Under the pieces are notes generated by a model. It saw only the letters and a program-made list of their open reading frames with translations. It had not been told where the DNA came from and made no database searches. Made by a program: the position numbers and the translations under genes. A DNA stretch of 64,000 nucleotides from the human T2T-CHM13v2.0 reference genome, Homo sapiens, in the NCBI RefSeq assembly GCF_009914755.1, contig NC_060947.1; one strand, 5' to 3'. Each line of letters starts with the position of its first letter. The first letter of the stretch is position 1. Positions 59,542 to 64,000 of this stretch are shown here, one piece after another.

Positions 59542-60840
59542 AGCAATGAGGATGGAAAAGAAGCTGGCGTATGTGGATGTCTTTCTGAAGCAATTGACTA
59601 GATGGAGCTTGGTGACTGATTAGCTATATAGGGTGGAAGGGGTGGAAGAGCTAAAGAGAAGAAACAAAACACACACACACACATGATTTACATATGTACT
59701 TATATATATGTAATATACACACACACATATACATCATATACATGTAAATATATCCTTAGGCACTTGCTCAGTGTCTACTTTGTGCCTGAAACAGTTCTGG
59801 CAGCTGAAGATGCAAGATGGATTAGATCCGGTTCTTTTATTTAGAGAATCCACAGTGTTTTAGGGCAGAGAGTAAACAAGTAATTCCAATACAATTCGTT
59901 GAGCATTATGTTAAACTATAGGGAAAGGTGATGAGAAAATATTAAGGGAGTGAAGGCATTGCCAAGGTTTTAAGCTGGGGTGTTTTGAAAGATGGTAAAT
60001 CCATCATGTGACATGGAGAATGCAGATGAGAGAGAATGTAATTAGAAAATAAAAATCGAGGTTAATATGTTCCCTGAAAAGTTAGAAATATGGGTTTGGA
60101 ACTCCTGAGAGAGGTCATGAATAGAAATATATATTTAGGTGGTGTCTATATAGAAATGATAGCTAGTGCCTCAGGAGTGGATGAGATTGTCCAGGGAGAT
60201 CAAAGAAGATGAAAACTTGAGAAAGATCTACAGCAGAGCTGATGTCTGAAATCTGCCCACCCTATGCCAACACCCATGGCAGACGTAGCTAAATTACCAC
60301 ACAGCCTCAGAATCCTTCTCAATGCATGACTTCAGGCAGCTATTACCAATAGATCCACTTACCATTTCTGGTTTCTTCTCAAAGTCTAGGTGTAGTGACC
60401 AGGAACAATGGCGGGCCTCCAGGGAAAAGTGAGCTGCTTGGTTATTAGGAGTGCAGAGAGCACCCAGGAAGGTAGGAGAAGTACTAGGAGAGCAGAGGAT
60501 CCCAGAAGGAAGAAAAGTGTTTCAAGAAGAAGGAAATAATAACATTAGTCAAATGACTAAGTTGAGGACTTGAGGAGACAATGGAATTTGAAGTGGAGGG
60601 CAGTAGTGACCTTACAGAGAACAGGTCCACTAAAGTGGTTTTGAGAGAAGTGAAATGACAAAAGTTTGAGAATGGGAAGTATTTCCAAGTGCTCATCTAT
60701 AAATGGACTGCTTGAGCCCATGTTGGCAAGCTTGTTGAAAATGCATTTCCAGGACTCACCCCAGAGCCATGACCTCAGGCTGTTCTCTGCCCCCCAAGGA
60801 ACACTTTGATCAGGGTTATCTGCTACCGGTGGGTGCTCAC

Positions 60841-61695
60841 TGTAGCAGATGCTCTTAGTGTCCCTTTTACATGCATTCAGCACTCACTATTCAGTATATA
60901 CTGCTTGCTTCACAAGGAAGCACATGTGATGTCTCTGCCCGAGGACTTTCCCTGGCCACTGGAGCATGCTTGACCTGCTGCCAGAAATGCCAGAGTTGAT
61001 TTCCCAGGGATTAGCCCACAACCAGCGAAGGACATGAGTTGTTGGAGAAATCAATCAGCTTTTTCACGTCTCAGGTGGAACAACTTGGGGCTTGTTTTAT
61101 ACAGAAGTTTTATCCCAGAAGTCTCCAGTAGGATTGAGCCTGTGGCGCCCAGAGTAGGCTCATGAACACACTGTATTGGCTTCCTTCTTTTTTTTGACTT
61201 ACTTCCCTATTCTCTTTGCATTTCCTGAGGTCACCTCTCACCTAAGCTATTAGTACCCATATCCCTGTCTCAGAGCTGGCTTTTGGGGGAACCCAAAACT
61301 ATGATACTTACCGTCTTATTTCTTCTTCCTGGGCACACGGAACAACTACATATTCCAGTGGTAGTACGTATTGCTGTCGGTTGAGCCTATGTGACTGAAG
61401 TCATGGGCAGAGTGATCGATGTCACCTTCAGGCCTGGCCACAAAACTCCTGGTGTGATAATCCCTCTCAATCTTTCTTTCCTATGGTGATTTCAGAGGCC
61501 ATGGGTTTAAGATGGCAGCCTCACAAGATAGCAGCTGATTTCTGAGTCACTAATTGGAAGACACCTACTAAGGAGAGCTGCCCCACCTGTACCAGATTTT
61601 GACATTAATGAATGAGAAATAAACCTTTACTATGTTAAATTGCTGAGACTTTTTTTTGTTACAGCAGCTACCATTAATTACCCTCATTAATACAC
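60841..61695 (+). mobile_element. LTR16-like LTR followed by an MLT1-like LTR
   Basis: tgtagcagatgct...tgtctcagagctggcttttgggggaacccaaaactatgata, then cttcttcctgggcacac...gagaaataaacctttactatgttaa...ttaataca. Confidence 0.55.
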
Positions 61696-62530
61696 CTGCC
61701 CTGTCAGCCTTCCTTCACCCAGTTCTCCAAAATTACTGCTCTTTATCCTCCTTTAAACGTTTCCATTCCCTCAGTGTGACTGACACAGTCATGGGTTTAA
61801 CTGATTAAAGTGTACTTAATTGTAAACAATAACTACCAGATTTGCTTCTGAAAGATAGTTGTGTTTTCAAATGGATTCCTGATTGGTAGGATCTATGAAG
61901 GAGATGTTTCCAAATATTGGATCCTTCTTGGTGTCCTTCCACCATCATTGACACAGCCCACTCCCAGCTTGAACTGTGTTGTCTAGAAGCAGAAGAAAGA
62001 GGGGTCAGCACTTCTAAGCTGTTGCTGACCTCTGGCCTCTGCAATCAACTCCAGACTCCTTAACCTGGTATTTCCATGTGTCCGCAGTTGGCCCCAACTA
62101 ACATTCCTACCCTGATCCTCCCCACCCCACTGCCAGTGAAACCTCTTAAATCATACTGCTCGCAACAGGGTGTGCTTTCCTACCTTGCCAGCTTGGGTCT
62201 CACTGTGCTCTCCACTTGGAGTGCTCTTTCTGCTCTTCTGCTCCTTTCCAAACCCAGTCCCTGCTCAAAGGCCTCACTCAACTTCCACCTCCTCCCTAAA
62301 GCCCTGAAATTCCATTTCGTCTTCCCTTTGCCGCTACTACTCATTTGGTCTTCAGCATTTGCTGCTTATCATGATTTCTGTCTATTTATGTGTTTGTGTC
62401 CTCTCTTCTAAAGTAGAAATGAACTACTTAAAGAAAAAATTATGCCTATTTCTCTCTTCAATCTCTACAGCATTTTAGCATAGTGCTGGAGACATGATTA
62501 CTGAAGATAGATGGATGAATATGGATATAA

Positions 62531-62901
<371 letters not shown>

Positions 62902-62919
62902 CAGACATGATTAAAAAAA

Positions 62920-63062
62920 ACACTTTCATTCAGAAATAATTTTAAACTTACAGAGAAGTTGCAAGAATAAAAATGGTACAAATATCATCTACATATGTTT
63001 TACCTAGATTCACTTACTGTACACATTTTACCTCATTTACTTTAGATCTGCCTGTATATCTT

Positions 63063-63116
<54 letters not shown>

Positions 63117-63480
63117 ACAATGCTTTTCTGATGCATTTGAGAGTAAGTTACATACATTATGGGTCTTTAATACTTCAGTGAGTATTTCCTAAGAATAATC
63201 TGTTACCTAATCACAATAGAGTTATCAACTTCCATTTGATTAATATTGATACAACACATTTATTTAATCTTTTGTTCTCATTCCAATTTTGTCAATTGAC
63301 CCAATAATGTCCTTTATGGCATCTTTTCCCTCCAACATAAGATCCGGTAGGGTCAGGTGTTACATTTGGTTGTCATGTCTCTTTAGCCTCCTTTAATCTG
63401 GAACATTTCGACAGCCTTTCTTTGTCTTTTACGATATTATTTTTCCAAGTTAACTGTCATCCTCCTGCTTTTTAAAAGAA
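62920..63480 (-). mobile_element. Old L1M 3' end containing (CA)n at about 63067-63119
   Basis: aaataattttaaacttacagagaagttgcaagaata...catttgagagtaagtt...ttgtcatgtctctttag. Confidence 0.65.
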
Positions 63481-64000
63481 TGTCAGAATTTAAAAAATCT
63501 CCTAGGTTTGGCAGCCTATTTTATTTACATATGTACATACGGACGGATGTGGAGTCTCTGAGTAGTGTCATAATCATTCCCAGTGCAAGACTCCAAACAT
63601 GAACCTCCTTTTATTCTCATCCTGAACTTGTAATCAATAGCAATATTTTGTATGCAGTTGTACACGAACCTTTGTTTCATTTTATTTACAGTACCTTTCT
63701 TCTTCGTTAAGTAGAGTTGGGGTAAGAGGAAATCACAAATCTCTTTCTCTTCCAGCTTCTGCTGGGTTGCAGGCTGCATGAGAGGAAAAGTCAATAGAGG
63801 AAGTGAGAGAGTAAACTGAGAAGTTGAAATCAAAGTGGTGGGCTGCTGAGCCGCGGCTGTGGTGTATCTCTCTCTGAAGTCAAAGCATTTTTACAGACAG
63901 CATTCAACCGTAGTTAAATAAAATCCCTATGCTGTAGAAAGGGAAGGCATTAGTAATTTCCGTTGTCTATGAGTGAAAACAGAGACGCTGAGAGGCTCAA

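Noticed and set aside
63525-63833. 102-aa minus-strand ORF in non-repeat sequence
   Set aside because: Non-ATG start, no recognisable homology or convincing splice context

Overview
Primate (most likely human) X-chromosome DNA. It contains the CpG-island promoter and first coding exon of RPS6KA3 (RSK2, the Coffin-Lowry gene) on the minus strand: CDS 9526->9458 encodes [23 protein letters not shown] and ends at a GAG|GTGAGT donor. Positions 1-9457 are part of intron 1. Everything beyond about 11.7 kb is upstream sequence dominated by transposon relics (Alu, a 3.9-kb 5'-truncated L1PA with TSDs, older L1M/L2/MIR, MaLR/ERV LTRs, MER3/MER33). No other protein-coding gene is supported, and I found no new multi-gene system. 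The best leads are: (1) a 24-triplet GCC/GCT leader repeat in a stop-free frame continuous with the RSK2 ATG, which could give a non-AUG polyalanine N-terminal extension, next to a compact G-quadruplex; (2) a ~870-bp purine-rich minisatellite that appears to have grown out of a few codons of an old L1 ORF2; (3) a ~1.37-kb compound AT-rich VNTR; (4) a candidate frame-preserving 42-nt cryptic exon in intron 1; and (5) candidate non-coding exons upstream. Repeat subfamily names are from recall of consensus sequences, and boundaries without TSDs are approximate.
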